From NCBI RefSeq assembly GCF_016433145.1, contig NC_058133.1:467209096-467272978 (forward strand): DNA of 63,883 nt, read 5' to 3'. The notes beneath the pieces are model-generated. The model was not told where the DNA came from and did no database searches. It saw only the letters and a list, made by a program, of their open reading frames with translations. The stretch comes from Gracilinanus agilis. Taxonomy: Eukaryota. A program made the position numbers and the translations under genes. Of the stretch, positions 25,305-37,150 are shown piece by piece (within the stretch, counting starts at the first letter, position 1; every line of letters starts with the position of its first letter).

Positions 25305-25660
25305 TGTTATTCAGTCTCTCAGTTGTATAAGTCTTTGTGATTCCATAGACCTTAACTATCCATGAAGTTTTCTTGGCAAGGATACTGGAGTGGCTCTCCA
25401 TTTCCTTCTCCAGTGGATCTTTTTTTGCCAGGCAATCAGGGGCTAAGTGACTTGGCCAGGTAGTGTCTGAGGCTGGATTTGAACTTGGGTCTTCCTGACT
25501 CCAGGACCAGTGCTCTTGACCATTAAGGTTAAGAGGTTAAGGTCAAAGTGGTGCTATGACTGAAGAAAGAATGTTAAACCACTCCAATATCTCTGCCAAG
25601 AAAACCCCAAATGGGGTCCTAGAGAGTTGGGCAAGACTGCAATAACTGAACAACAGTAAA
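25305..25660. mobile_element. Two MAR1/RTE-tail SINE pieces (minus, then plus)
   Basis: TTTTCTTGGCAAGGATACTGGAG near 25370 and CCACTCCAATATCTCTGCCAAGAAAACCCC near 25580. Confidence 0.75.
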
Positions 25661-26019
25661 GAATCACAAGATATAATGGAAAAAAGGAAACAAGCATTTA
25701 TTAAGGCCCACTATGTGCCAGGCACTATGCTAAGTGCTTTACAGATTTGATCTCATTTGATCCTCACGAAACTCTGAGAGATAAGTATGACTATTATCCT
25801 CATTTTATGTGCGAAGAAATAGAGTCAGAAGGCGGTCCAGTGATTTTTCCCAGGATCCTGCAGCTAGGAAGTATTTAAGGTCAGAATTTTGAACTCAGAT
25901 CTTCCTGATTCTAGGCTCAGTGCTCTATCCAGGATCCAGTACTTAGATGCTTCATAATATAATCAGAATGATAATGACAAATACCATAGTTGAGGCAGTT
26001 AGTCTCTCTCTCTCTCTCT

Positions 26020-26228
26020 TTTTTTTTTTTTACCCTTACCTTTCTTCTTAGAATCAATACATGCGTGTTGGTTCAAAGGCAGAGGAGCAGTATTAAGCAA
26101 TGTGGGTTAAGTCACTTGTCCAGAGCCACACAATACACAACAAGGAAGTGTCTGGGTCCAGATTTGAATCTACAATGACCCATCTCTAGCCTTGGCTTTT
26201 AATCTACTGAGTCATCTCGCTGCTCCAG
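26020..26228 (-). mobile_element. Opossum SINE
   Basis: ACCCTTACCTTTCTTCTTAGAATCAATAC... Confidence 0.82.
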
Positions 26229-26319
26229 GGGGCCACTGGTCTTAAAGAATGTTCTGCAGACTGTCATCTTATTTTCCACATTCCTGTACAAGGACAAAGC
26301 AGCCTGCAGCCTTTAAAAA

Positions 26320-26475
26320 AATATCTTAAACCCTCGTCTTCTGTCTTAGAATCAGTACTGTATGTTGGTTCCAAGACTGAAGAGCTAGGAGAGCTAAGCA
26401 ATGAGAATTAAGTGACTTGCTCAAGGTCACACAGCTAGGAAGTATCTCTATCTACTGAACCAGCTAAGAGCCCCC
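26320..26475 (-). mobile_element. Opossum SINE, deleted
   Basis: CTTCTGTCTTAGAATCAGTACTG...GGTCACACAGCTAGGAAG. Confidence 0.8.
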
Positions 26476-26639
26476 ATGCAGTCTTGTGTAGTTGAGGGGT
26501 AGTGGAATGTTTACTGGGTTTGATGTTAGAACATTTGGGTTCAAATCACATATCTTCCACTGTGTGACCATAGACAAGGAATGTCCTCATGTGAACATGA
26601 AAGATTTAGACTAGACAATCTCCAGGATCCTTAGAGTAG

Positions 26640-26862
26640 CCTCCTTGTTGTTTGTGATACACAAGCCCCTGTGCCCCACCTCCAGGCTCTGGTGCTGTCT
26701 GGCTCTCATGCCTGGAATGCACTCCCTCCTCACCTCCATCTCTCAGACCAGGCTCCCTGAAGGCCATCTCACGGACCGCTTTCTCCATGAAGCCTTTCCT
26801 GATGCCCATCCTGTGGGAGCCTCCCCTGCCATCTCCGACATCAGCCTGCATCTATTTGTATA
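26640..26862 (+). mobile_element. LINE2 3'UTR
   Basis: CATGCCTGGAATGCACTCCCTCCTCACCTCC...CATGAAGCCTTTCCTGAT. The L2 terminus resumes at about 28140-28215. Confidence 0.75.
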
Positions 26863-27092
26863 TGGGGGTGGTGGGGGCGGGAAAGGACCGATGGATCATT
26901 TTTCAGTGCAAGTATTTAAACTGTAGAAGCCGCCGAACGCTGCAAACCGGGGCTTGATGGATTGTTCTGTTGAGTGTCCAGGAAGAAGGTGACGGAGAAA
27001 ACGGTAGTTTTGCAGATTCCACTGAAAATTAGTGTCTTTAAAACATTTTTGTCCAGAGAGTTGGTTGTTGAATATTTACCAGCTCGTTACTG
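26863..27092 (+). mobile_element. MER63-like hAT-Blackjack element (GC-shifted copy)
   Basis: TTTTCAGTG..AGTATTTA.AC...AACGCTGCAAACCGGGGCTTGAT...GAGAG..GGTTGTTGAATATTTACCAGC; homologous to 30260-30567. Confidence 0.7.
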
Positions 27093-27099
27093 AGTACAT

Positions 27100-28120
27100 A
27101 CATATATGTGTGTTTATCAGTACATGTGTATAAATACATACATGTATGTTTATTGGCATATATTATATATATGTTATATATTTCTATGTAAAAAGACATA
27201 CATGTCTGTATAAAGATATACATGTATTTATATCATTATATATGTATTTATATACGTGTGTATTATGTTTGTACACAAACATATGCATATATGTGTGTTT
27301 ATATATGCATGTATTAGACATCTGTGTGTATATACATATATGTACTTCTCTGTGCATATGTTTTATATAGATATTGTTATATAGCTGTGCATGCATGAGA
27401 TATGTGTGTGTATAAATAGATCTAGACACAGATTGCATGTCACATATAGTATGCATTCATGTGTGCACATACACATATATGTTCATCATCATATATGATA
27501 TATGTGTTGGGATATCTCTGTGAGTACACTTATAAATATACACATGTGTACCAGTATATGCATACATGTTTTAATGTGTGTTATATATTCAGTATGTGTA
27601 TACATGTGTGTATCACCATGTGTATATACATGTGTGTTTTAGAAATATGCATATTATATATCTGTATGTATAAATATATACATGTGTATGTGTGTTTAAC
27701 AATATGTTATATATGCATGTATTATATATGTGTGTTTATCAGTATGTGTTATATATAATAGTATATATTTGTGTATGTGTTTATAAATATATATACATGT
27801 ATACCAGTGTATGTATATATGTGTTTACATATATTATGTATTTGTGTGTATATATACATATGTTTTGAGCATATGTATATATGTGTGTTTTAGAAATATG
27901 TGTTATATATTTATGCATGTAAATATATGCATGCATTGTGTTTATCAATATACATGTTATATATACATATGTATTATATTTGTGTATGTGTGTTTATGAA
28001 TATATATACCCCGTGTCAGCATGCATATACATATATGTTATATACATGTGTTATATATCTCGGTGTAAATATACAAGTGTGTCATGTATGTGTATGTGCA
28101 TTCACAAATCCTTGTATGCG
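27100..28120. repeat. ~1 kb degenerate (TATG/TATATG/TGTA)n array
   Basis: Visible directly; source of Y/I/M/C/V-rich ORFs in several frames. Confidence 0.95.
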
Positions 28121-29536
28121 TAAATATGTGCACTCAATTTGCCTTGGAGTATTCGGTGCCTGGCTCAGTACGTGAAACATGGGGTAGGTGCTTAATAAAA
28201 GCTGGTTAATGCATTGATTGCTCTAAACCTTTGCGATCCTCTATTCCTTGCTCGAGTCCTCAGTGCTGATAGGGGGCTCTGGTGGGCACAAACGCGGGGA
28301 GCTCCAGTAACCAGCAGATGTGGGATCAAAGAGCCAGAAGGCTCAGCTTGCCTAGACATGTGTGCCTCTGTTGATTCTATCCAGCCCCTAAATGCCTCCA
28401 CCTGCCAGCTAGACTTCTAATATCATATGAAATAATAATTTCGCATCCTTTGAGGGGGGTGGGTTTTTTTCACAACAATTCCACAGGGTATATATCCACT
28501 GGCCCTCTCCACTGTAGACACACACCGGCACCGATTCCTCCTTTCTCCTCTGCCCTCCCAGTGTTTTTTTTTTTTTTCTATAGCAAAGAGAACCCGAATC
28601 CTTCCATAAAGACAAATCCTCATGAAAAAGGAAGAGGAAAAAGAACATGGTGAGGGTCTGCCTGGCTGTGGGGAAGGAAGGAGGCAGGTTTTATTAGAAT
28701 GCTTTTAGACTCCAGGGAAAGGGGACAGATGGTCATTTGTCTGTTAACCTCATTTGTTCTTTGCCCTTGGGAAAGGCTGCATTTATGAATTCCATATAAT
28801 TGGGTGCCTGCCATAAATGGTCTCCAGGGAAGAAGATGCCACAGTCTGTTTTCCTGACCTATTTGTGTCTCCCAATCCCAAGTTCTTCTGTGTGTCTAAC
28901 CCAAATATATCCTGCTACAAGCTCGCTCATTTTTTTGGTCCTTCGCTACAGCCTCCATGAAAATAGAAAGCAGCTGTTTGTCATACTCGAGATAATAAAC
29001 ATCCGTGTACCTGAAGACCACCCATATGTGTATTTTTCTATGTTTACACACCCAAATCCAATTAACCTTCCTACAAAGGTTCTACTTTATAATCTCTTTC
29101 TCAAATGGCTCTCTTTCACTGGCCAAGCAGAAAAGCTAGCTGGGCAGTACCTGTGTGTATGTGTGTGTGCATATATATGTGTGTATTGTAGCAGGAAAAT
29201 TTTCAAACCAAAGGAAAATATTTGCAGGATTTGGAATATAAAGGACCTGGACTGCTGTCCCAGCTCTACCATTTACTTTTTAACCTTGGGCTAGTCCTTT
29301 CCCCTTCTTGGTTCTTTGGTTTCCCCATTTGTAAATTGAGAGGGTTGGATGAGAGGGTCTGGATATTTTTATGGGAGACCAGAGTTCAAATTCTGCCTCA
29401 GACACTTCATAGGTGTCTTTGACTCTGTCTAAGTCACTTAAACCTCTCTAATCCTCAGTCTCTTCACGTGTGAAGTGAGGGAGTTAGAGTTGGTGGCCTC
29501 AGAAGTCCTTTCCAACCTTAAAATTTAAGGATCACA

Positions 29537-29740
29537 GGGGATAGTTAGATGGCACAGTGGACCGAGAGTCAGGCTTAGAGATGAGAGGCGCTAGATTCAA
29601 ATTTGACCTCAGACACTTCTTAGCTGAGTGACCTTGGACAAACCATTTAATCTCAAATACCTAGCCTTTTCCACTCTTCTGCCTTGGAACCAATACTTAC
29701 TTTTGTTTCTAAGATGGAAGATAAAGGTTAAAAAAATAAT
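29537..29740 (+). mobile_element. Opossum SINE
   Basis: GGGGATAGTTAGATGGCAC head; TCTTCTGCCTTGGAACCAATAC tail. Confidence 0.85.
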
Positions 29741-30259
29741 TTTTAAGATCCCTTGTATCATAAGGGGAGGAAGATGCTTAAGTTTAAAATGTACCTCTCC
29801 AAACCTCATGTGCATTTTTAGGAGTAAAAATATCTGCAGGAACATGGCACAGAGAAGTATGTTATATTGACTTGTCAGTCGGAAGTGGTGATGAAGAGTT
29901 GCTCAAAGTCTCTCCTCTGATCATTTAACCAAATCCAACCTCAGCGAACACTTTCCATGGTAATGACAGCTCGCAGCTGTATCTGACAGCTTGGCCTCAG
30001 CACCTACAATGACCTCTCAGAGACATTGCTGCCCTTTGTTGAAAGCTGTGGCCAAGAGCTTAAGAAGAGCCCAAGATGGGTTCCAAAGCTGATTGTATAT
30101 CCAGTCCTAGGGGACTCACACAAAAAGGGCCCATACCTCAGTATATATCTCTCTAGACACTCAGCTTTTTGCTACAGCTATCCAGCAAAGAGGGTGGAAT
30201 GATTTCATATATGACAGAACAGAAGGACGACATTGGATGTTTGTTTGATTGAATCTCTC

Positions 30260-30567
30260 CAGGGCTATGCCGAAGCCAGCTTATACTTGTTGTAATTGGT
30301 TCACAAGAGTCAATTATTAAATTTTCAGTGTGAGCATTTACACTTTAGAAATAGGCAAATGCTACAAATCAGGGTTGAGTTATTATTTTGCTGATTCTCT
30401 AGACTTAAGAAAGAGAGAGGGAGATACTTGGGAACTTTAATGTAACAAATAAATACATAAATTTAATTTAAAAAGAAAGAGAGAGAAAAAGTTAATAATG
30501 CAGATTAAACTTAAAAGTTGGTCCTGCATGCTTTTTTTTTTTTGAGGGAACATTTACTAGAACACAG
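30260..30567 (+). mobile_element. MER63-like hAT-Blackjack element (AT-decayed copy)
   Basis: TTAAATTTTCAGTGTGAGCATTTACAC...GGCAAATGCTACAAATCAGGG...TAATAATGCAGATTAAACTTAAAAGT. Confidence 0.75.
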
Positions 30568-31241
30568 TTAAATCTATTGGGGCTGATCCAAAAGTCACTA
30601 TATAGTTGAAGTTGATGTTGAAGAATGGCATAATGTAGACATCTAGGTAGGAGAGTAAGATATAGAGCTCTGGACTTGGAAACAGGAAGACCTAGGTTTG
30701 AATCTCACCTCTGACTCTTTACTCTCTGGGCAACCCAGTTTGCAATCTCAAATTTCCTCATATATAAAATAAAGATGTCAATAGTTGTAATAATATTTCT
30801 TAGGGTTATTATAAGGAAGGACCAAATATGATAAACTTAGGTATTTTGAAACTCTTAAATTCCTATATGTGTTATTTATTAAATATTTATTTTCTTTTGC
30901 TCAATGTTAATTATTAATTACTGAATATTAAATAAAAATATATTATGAAATGAATTAAACTCTGAAGTGCTAAATAAATATCATTCCTTGTTCATGCCTA
31001 TAGTTTATTGGTCTCTTTTTATAATAAGGAATTTTGCATAATCTATAATAAGTTTATGATTGTGACAAAAGTCATATCAATTCATGGATTTCTCCCCCTT
31101 TTTCAATATGTAGTCCAACTTGTAACAAAATCATAAATTTTGTTTCATTTTGTTTAAAGTGATCAGATTCTCATATGGAAATAAATGCATTTATTTGGTG
31201 TCTTGTTTCTTACATTGGCATTTTCTGAAAATCATACTTAC

Positions 31242-31326
31242 CTAGCTTTTTAGCTAGCTTGGCTTCTTTCTTGGAATCCACCATGGCAAAACCTATATCT
31301 TTGTGTTCCAGGACCTGGGCCGCCAG
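31242..31326 (-). CDS. CASQ2: Calsequestrin-2 exon 2 (85 nt, phase 0 to 1)
   Basis: Translates [28 protein letters not shown](G). Acceptor TTTCCTTCAG, donor G|GTAAGT. Confidence 0.97.
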
Positions 31327-31449
31327 CTGAAGGAAATGCAAAGATGAGGGCAAATTAAAACAATTCTGAGGTTTGTGCCTCATGCTCAGGAAAAATGATG
31401 ATCAATGATGAAAATAAGTCTGTGTGGAAAGGGCTGGGGAAAGATTGAC

Positions 31450-31810
31450 ATGCTAGTGTATTGTGGGTAAAGCTGTGAATTGATCCAAGTACTCTGCAAA
31501 GCAATTTGGAATTCTGTGAGAAAAACTGTTACTTAAACTGTTCAGACATTTTGAGCCTAAGATACCATTGCTGAGCATATTCTTCCAGGAAACAGAAAGA
31601 GCCCATGTATTTATAGCAACATTGTGTGAGTGTGTGTGTGTGTGTATGTGTGTGTGCGCTCGAGCAAAGTAAGAAAAAAGCAAATGAGTGCCCATTGATT
31701 TGGGAATGGCTGGAACAATTATTCTATATAAAATATTAAAATACATTCACAGAATTCAGAAAAGTATAAGAAGACTTACATGAACTGATAACAGAGCAAA
31801 GTAAGAAGAA
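31450..31810 (+). mobile_element. L1 ORF2 3' end fragment interrupted by (GT)n
   Basis: AAAGCAATTTGGAATT...GATACCATTGCTG...TTTATAGCAAC...TGCCCATTGATTTGGGAATGGCTG. Confidence 0.7.
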
Positions 31811-32289
31811 AAAGGAAAATAATATATAGAATAAGTATCATAGTTGAAATGAACACCAAAATGTGCTGTGTGTTTGTAATCACCCATTCTGGTCAAAAAG
31901 AAGAAAGTAAGCGCATTGATGCAGTGGAGTGTATAAAACATTCTATATTTGGATAAGGGAGATTCTGGTTTGAATGCTGCATGATTTTCATCATCATCTA
32001 TTTGCCCCTAGCTTTCTGAGCTGCAAAATAAAGGGGCTAGACTTAATAGTTTCTAGCTCCAAATCTATAATCCTAGAGGAAATTAATCTTCTTTCTTTCC
32101 CTGGAAGTGAGGGAGGGTAACACCCACTGTGTCAGATAACTCTCTGCTTAACTGTTTTAAATTTGTAATAAGGAGAAGATCTTTCTGTGGTGGAGCTGGG
32201 GCTAAAACTGGGGAAAACTGATTTTAAAAAATCAATGCAATTTTTAAATTTTCTTTTCCTTTCTTTTTCTCTTCCTTTCTCTTCTTCTT

Positions 32290-32490
32290 TTTTTTTTAAC
32301 ACACACGCATTCTGTCTTAAAATCTATACTGTATATTAATTCTAAGGCAGAAGAGCAGTAAGGGCCAGGCAATGGGGGTTGAATGACTTGTCCAGGATCA
32401 CATAGCTGGGAAGTATCTGAGGTCAAATTTGAAACCAGGACCTCTTGTCTCTAGGCTTGGTTCTCTATCCACTGAACCACCTAGCTACCT
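32290..32490 (-). mobile_element. Opossum SINE
   Basis: TTCTAAGGCAGAAGAGCAGTAAGGG...CCACCTAGCTACC. Confidence 0.88.
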
Positions 32491-32859
32491 CCTACAACTT
32501 TTTTCAAAATATACACATAGATATTAAGGTAAATAGACTAAGGCAGAAAAAAGGTGGCTAACACATGGATCTCAGAGGTGAAGGTATAACCATTGGACAA
32601 TTGTGTTTAGCTAAGTGCCTGGAACATAGTAGGCTCTTAGTCAATGCTGACTGATGGTTAATGTTTGGACTCATTTTGGGCAATGAATACTGATACGTGC
32701 TTCTAGATATTTTGGCATTACTTCATTGTAGGACTGCTTGATTCATCAGTGTGGTGAGATGAAAAAACAGTTCTTGATTTGGAGTTGGAGGACATGAGAA
32801 GGAATGGTTAAGATAACAAAAGTTATATTAATGCTCACAGTTGACTCTTTTTTTCTTTT

Positions 32860-33120
32860 TATAATATGAGGCATCCTGTGCAACTTGTACTCTTAAATGG
32901 TAGCTTGCTTTTTTTGCCAATGAAATTTAATCCTCTTTTTGACTGGCCACATCTTTGATTAATCAAGGTCACTTTGATTTACATTCTTAACTTTCTCTGT
33001 TGACCACCCTTTCCAACTAAAAGCCATCACAAACTTAATGAAAAAGTATTCTCTGCTTTTTCCAAGTCATTAATAAATATGTCACACAACACCAAGCTCA
33101 GGCATTGCTCCCATAGGTCA
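32860..33120 (-). mobile_element. CR1/L3 RT fragment
   Basis: Minus frame FINDLEK...IKF resembles CR1 FINDL...LIKFADD. Confidence 0.65.
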
Positions 33121-33209
33121 TAAGGATTGGGCTTTTTAAGTTTTAAAGACCTATAAAAATGAGGTATAATTAATTATGATTATTTTCACTCATCAGGCCT
33201 CCCTGTTCT

Positions 33210-33445
33210 TATGACTTGTATCTAATTCTTTATGACTCCATTTGAGGGACTCTTAACAGAGATATTGGCATGGTTTACCATTTCCTTCTTCCAATGATTT
33301 TATAGATGAGGAAACTGAGCCTAACAGGGTTAAGTAACTTGCCCAGAGGCATACAGTTAGTATGTGTCTGAGGTCATATTTGGACTCAGAGTTTTCCTAA
33401 CCCTAGCCCAGCCACTCTATCCACTGTGTCACCCAGCTGCCTATT
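33210..33445 (-). mobile_element. MAR1-type SINE
   Basis: GGTTTACCATTTCCTTCTTCC...GATGAGGAAACTGAG. Confidence 0.75.
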
Positions 33446-33711
33446 CTTAAATTATAAGCCTCCAATCCATTATGTATATAGTCAACAGTAACAAGGTTCA
33501 GACCAGGATTTTTCCAACTGTGGTCCATGGTCCACCAAAGAACACTCACCATCCTCAGTCTCTTCCCTTTATTTCAGGTCTACTTTAGGTCACTATGTCA
33601 GTGGGCATGGTATGGTTCATTATAAGTGTTTTGGACTACCAAGATAATACAGTAAAAAAAACAAAAGGAAAAAGACAAAAAGGGAAAATGCTTAATTTGA
33701 AAATCTCCAAT

Positions 33712-34020
33712 GACTATACTATTGCTTCTACTACTGCTGCTGCTGTTGCTGCTGTTACTACTACTACTATTACTGCTATTACTACTACTAGTACTAGTAC
33801 TACTGCTATTACTACTATTATCCTTATTACTACAACTACTACTACTATTACTGTTACTACTATTACTACAGATACTACTAACACTACTACAACTAGTATT
33901 ACTACAAATACTACCACTACAGCAACTACTATAATTATTACTACTACAACAACAATAACAACAACTACTGCTACACTTTAGATTCTATGGCTACAACTAC
34001 AACTACTGTTACCACTTCTA
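33712..34020. repeat. (TAC/TAT/AAC)n trinucleotide tract at the tail of a MIR
   Basis: Gives poly-T, poly-L and poly-V ORFs in three frames. The MIR follows at about 34030-34270 (-). Confidence 0.95.
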
Positions 34021-35129
34021 CTGGATAGCATTTATCTGGTACTTTAAGATTTGCAAAGCGGTTTATATATGTTATCTCATTTGATCTTCATAACATTCTT
34101 GGGATTTGGGTGCTATTATTAGCTCTATTTTATATAGAGGAAACTATAAAGGAGAAGATTAAGTGATTTGCCTGGAGTCACACAGCTATGCAGTTGCCAA
34201 GGCAGGATTTGAACCCAGGTCTTCTGGGCTCCAAATCCAATTTCTCTAATCTCTGTGCCACATTATTGCACCTGTACTATAGTATGCATTTAGTTATATA
34301 TAAAAACCAAGGCAAACACAACTTATATTCATGCTCTAGGCACATCAATGTACCATAGCCCTTTCAATTATTTCCCCCATATTCATGTGTCAGGCTATTC
34401 TTTCATCCCATTTGTATCTTAGCATTTCCCCATTTTCCTTAGACAACCAATTATTCTCCTTTGTCATGGAGAGAGTAATATGACCACCAGATCAGAGACT
34501 AGCAGAGAATTCAATTCTAGCTAAGATCCAGTCCAGTCTTGGTATTTGCTGGGATTTCAAAGTTTTTCTTCCACATTACACTCTGCCAAGACTTCTGCCT
34601 TCCCACTCTAGGCATCACTCACTGCAGAGGGAGCAGTTCCTTCCCTCCGGTCCTGTTGCCAAACTAAAAAGTCAGGGCAAATTGAACCATGAGGTCAGAA
34701 AGGCAATACCCATTGCCAACAGTATGGCAGAGAGCACCAGCCTCTCCCCACTGCAAGGGCTGCCTGAAGGTAGCAAGTTAAAAACCAAACAAACCAACAG
34801 ACAAATTAACCATTAATTGGGGCCAACTTTTCTTTGCAGATGTTTAAGGCTTGTCTGTTATCTGGACATTATTGCTGTTATGGCGATGGTTGTTTCTGAA
34901 GAAGGGTGAGAGAGAGTGAGCCAGGTGAGAGCTCTCTGTCATACCAAATAGATCAGAAAGGTTCTCCAAATGTGGATAATATACAGACTCTCCTGCCATT
35001 TCACCGTTTTGCCCTGTCCCCATGGAAAACCAATCACTAACCTCTGTTAGGGACAGATAAAAACATAGTCTGACTCCTGACTTTTTCAGACTTTTCTCCT
35101 ATCCTTCCCCTTTGTGTATTCTTTTTTTA

Positions 35130-35328
35130 AAAAAGAAAAAACCTTACTTTCCATCTTAGAATCAATGCTAAATACTGGTTCTAAGGCAGAAGAACAAGAA
35201 GGGTTAGGTAGTGGCTTAATGGGAGTTAAGTGACTTGCCAAAACCAGGAAACATCTGAGGCTAGATGTGAACCCAGGACTTTCAATCTCTTGGCCTGTCT
35301 TTCTATCTAGTGAGCCACCTAGTTGCCT
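35130..35328 (-). mobile_element. Opossum SINE
   Basis: ACCTTACTTTCCATCTTAGAATCAATG...CCACCTAGTTGCC. Confidence 0.85.
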
Positions 35329-35569
35329 CTACTTCATGTATTCTTCATTAGTACTTCTTAGCCAGCCAAACTGGCCTGGTCGTTTTCCCCTGAGTTTGGT
35401 ATCCACTTCAAATGCTTTTATTCAGGCTGACCCCCAAGCCTACAATGCCTTCTCTCTTTTCTTCCCCTTTTTAGAATTCTCAACTTCCTTTAAGGCTAAG
35501 CTTGGCTACCTCCTGCATGAAGAAGCCTTGAGATCATCTCATTTGAAGACCATGAAGACATAAATATAG

Positions 35570-35855
35570 TCTGGAAAAAAGAAGGGTTTCCTCCAAACAT
35601 GAAGAACTCTTTTCAAATATCTGAAAAAGTCACCATTTGGAAAAGGGAATGGCCTTAGAGGGAATAATCAGGAGCACTGAGTCAATGTTATAAAGAGGCC
35701 AATTTAGGTTTGACATCAGGACAGATCTACTAACTGTTCCAAAGTGGGATAGATTTCTTCGCGAAGAATCGGGATCTTTCTCCTGGTAAATCTTTAAGCG
35801 ACTCATTTGTTGAATGTATTGTATAAGGTATTATTTTTCATGTAGGAATTAGACT
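35570..35855 (+). mobile_element. CR1/L3 3' end
   Basis: TTCAAATATCTGAAAAAG...AATTTAGGTTTGACATCAGG...AAAGTGGGATAG. Confidence 0.6.
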
Positions 35856-35857
35856 GT

Positions 35858-36049
35858 AAGCATTTCTTAACCTGAGAGCCATGAACCTGTTTTTAAAATA
35901 TATATTTTGCTAAATACATATCAATTGGCTTCCCTTGCAATCTTACATCCTTTATTTTATGCATTTAAAAACATTATTCGGAGGAAGGGTCAATAGGTTT
36001 CACTTCACTGACAAAGGTGTCCATGGCACAAAAAGGGTTAAGCACCCTG
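35858..36049 (+). mobile_element. Ancient hAT-Charlie-type non-autonomous element
   Basis: TTTCTTAACC...ATGCATTTAAAAACATTATTC...TCCATGGCACAAAAAGGGTTAAGCACCCTG; degenerate TIRs. Confidence 0.75.
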
Positions 36050-36987
36050 GACTCAATGGCATTTTTGATGACTTACATCACCTTTAAAAAAAAAGACTTT
36101 CATGTTTGTATTGTTTTTTTTTTTTTTAAGTTTTTTCAAAGGCTAGACTTCTAGAGTCTATAAGTTAGGAACTGGGTGTTTGTTTTCTCACGAAAACATC
36201 CAGCTCTGCCATTTTGGGGTAACATCATACAACTCACTAGCAAAGAATTGTATGCTACCTAAAATCGAATCCAGCTGACTGTGTAGTTTTTTTGTAAATT
36301 GGGCAGAAAAAAAGGGAGGGAGAAAATTTAAAACAACATACTCTTCTAAGCTCTGGCCATGACAATAGATCTCAGGAAGGAGTTATCACCAATGGGACAC
36401 AGATTGAAGAAGGAGATTTTTATTATGAATAGTACAGGATATACCTCATTCAAAACTGTAGTCCCCAAAGATTCATGTGGACTATAGTGAAGAGACAGTT
36501 TTCTGTTCATCAATGAAGAAAGACTTCCTTGATTCAATACTGATTCCTTCCCTGGAAAAGGGATTCCACCTTTGACTCTCAGAGCTAGCAAAGCTTACAG
36601 CACAGCTACGATGTTGCTTCTTGCTTTGGGGATGAGGTAAAGAGTACCACTGAATGGTAACAAGAAGGAACATGACTAGTACGTGATCAGAATTGACAAG
36701 TAATAATGGATAGGGCTTTAAGGCACAAATGTTTTGAGGGTATTTTTTAAAATTTTGCTCTTCCTCCTTTTGGTCAAGTAGGAAGCAGAGCTCTCTTCCT
36801 ATTCTCTTCTCTACTGGGAGATCAATTATTAGGGATAAAAAGGACTCCCCAACTTCTCCGTAGGCAGAGGTGGCTACGAAGCAATTGAAGAGCAACTTGT
36901 GGTCTTTTTCTTAACGTTTTCACTTTATCTGTTAGTTGCTGGGAGGTTTCTGTGGTCTCTTATCAGGAGAAGCACAAAGGACCCATA

Positions 36988-37150
36988 AGAGGTAATCTGT
37001 TAACAACTTTCTTAAAGACATGATCGAGAGTAGCCGTGTAACCCTGGGCAAGTCACTTAACCACCATTGCTTAGCCCTTGTTGTTCTTCTGCCTTGGAAC
37101 CAATACAGAATATTGATTTTAAGACAGAAGGTGAGAGTTGTTTTTTTTTT
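36988..37150 (+). mobile_element. Opossum SINE, 5'-truncated
   Basis: ACCCTGGGCAAGTCACTTAACC...AAGACAGAAGGTGAG. Confidence 0.8.

Noticed and set aside
27038-28175. Stack of Y/I/M/C/V-rich ORFs
   Set aside because: Translation of the TATG array on both strands.
28800-29294. Longest ORF in the track (164 aa, +)
   Set aside because: Runs through simple repeat into a MIR; no recognisable homology.
33595-33981. Mucin-like poly-Thr ORF, plus poly-Leu and poly-Val ORFs
   Set aside because: (TAC)n expansion at a MIR tail; open in three frames with no gene structure.
36482-36895. 137-aa minus-strand ORF in unique sequence (possible retrocopy)
   Set aside because: No protein family recognised and no poly-A or TSD. 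A BLASTx search would settle it.
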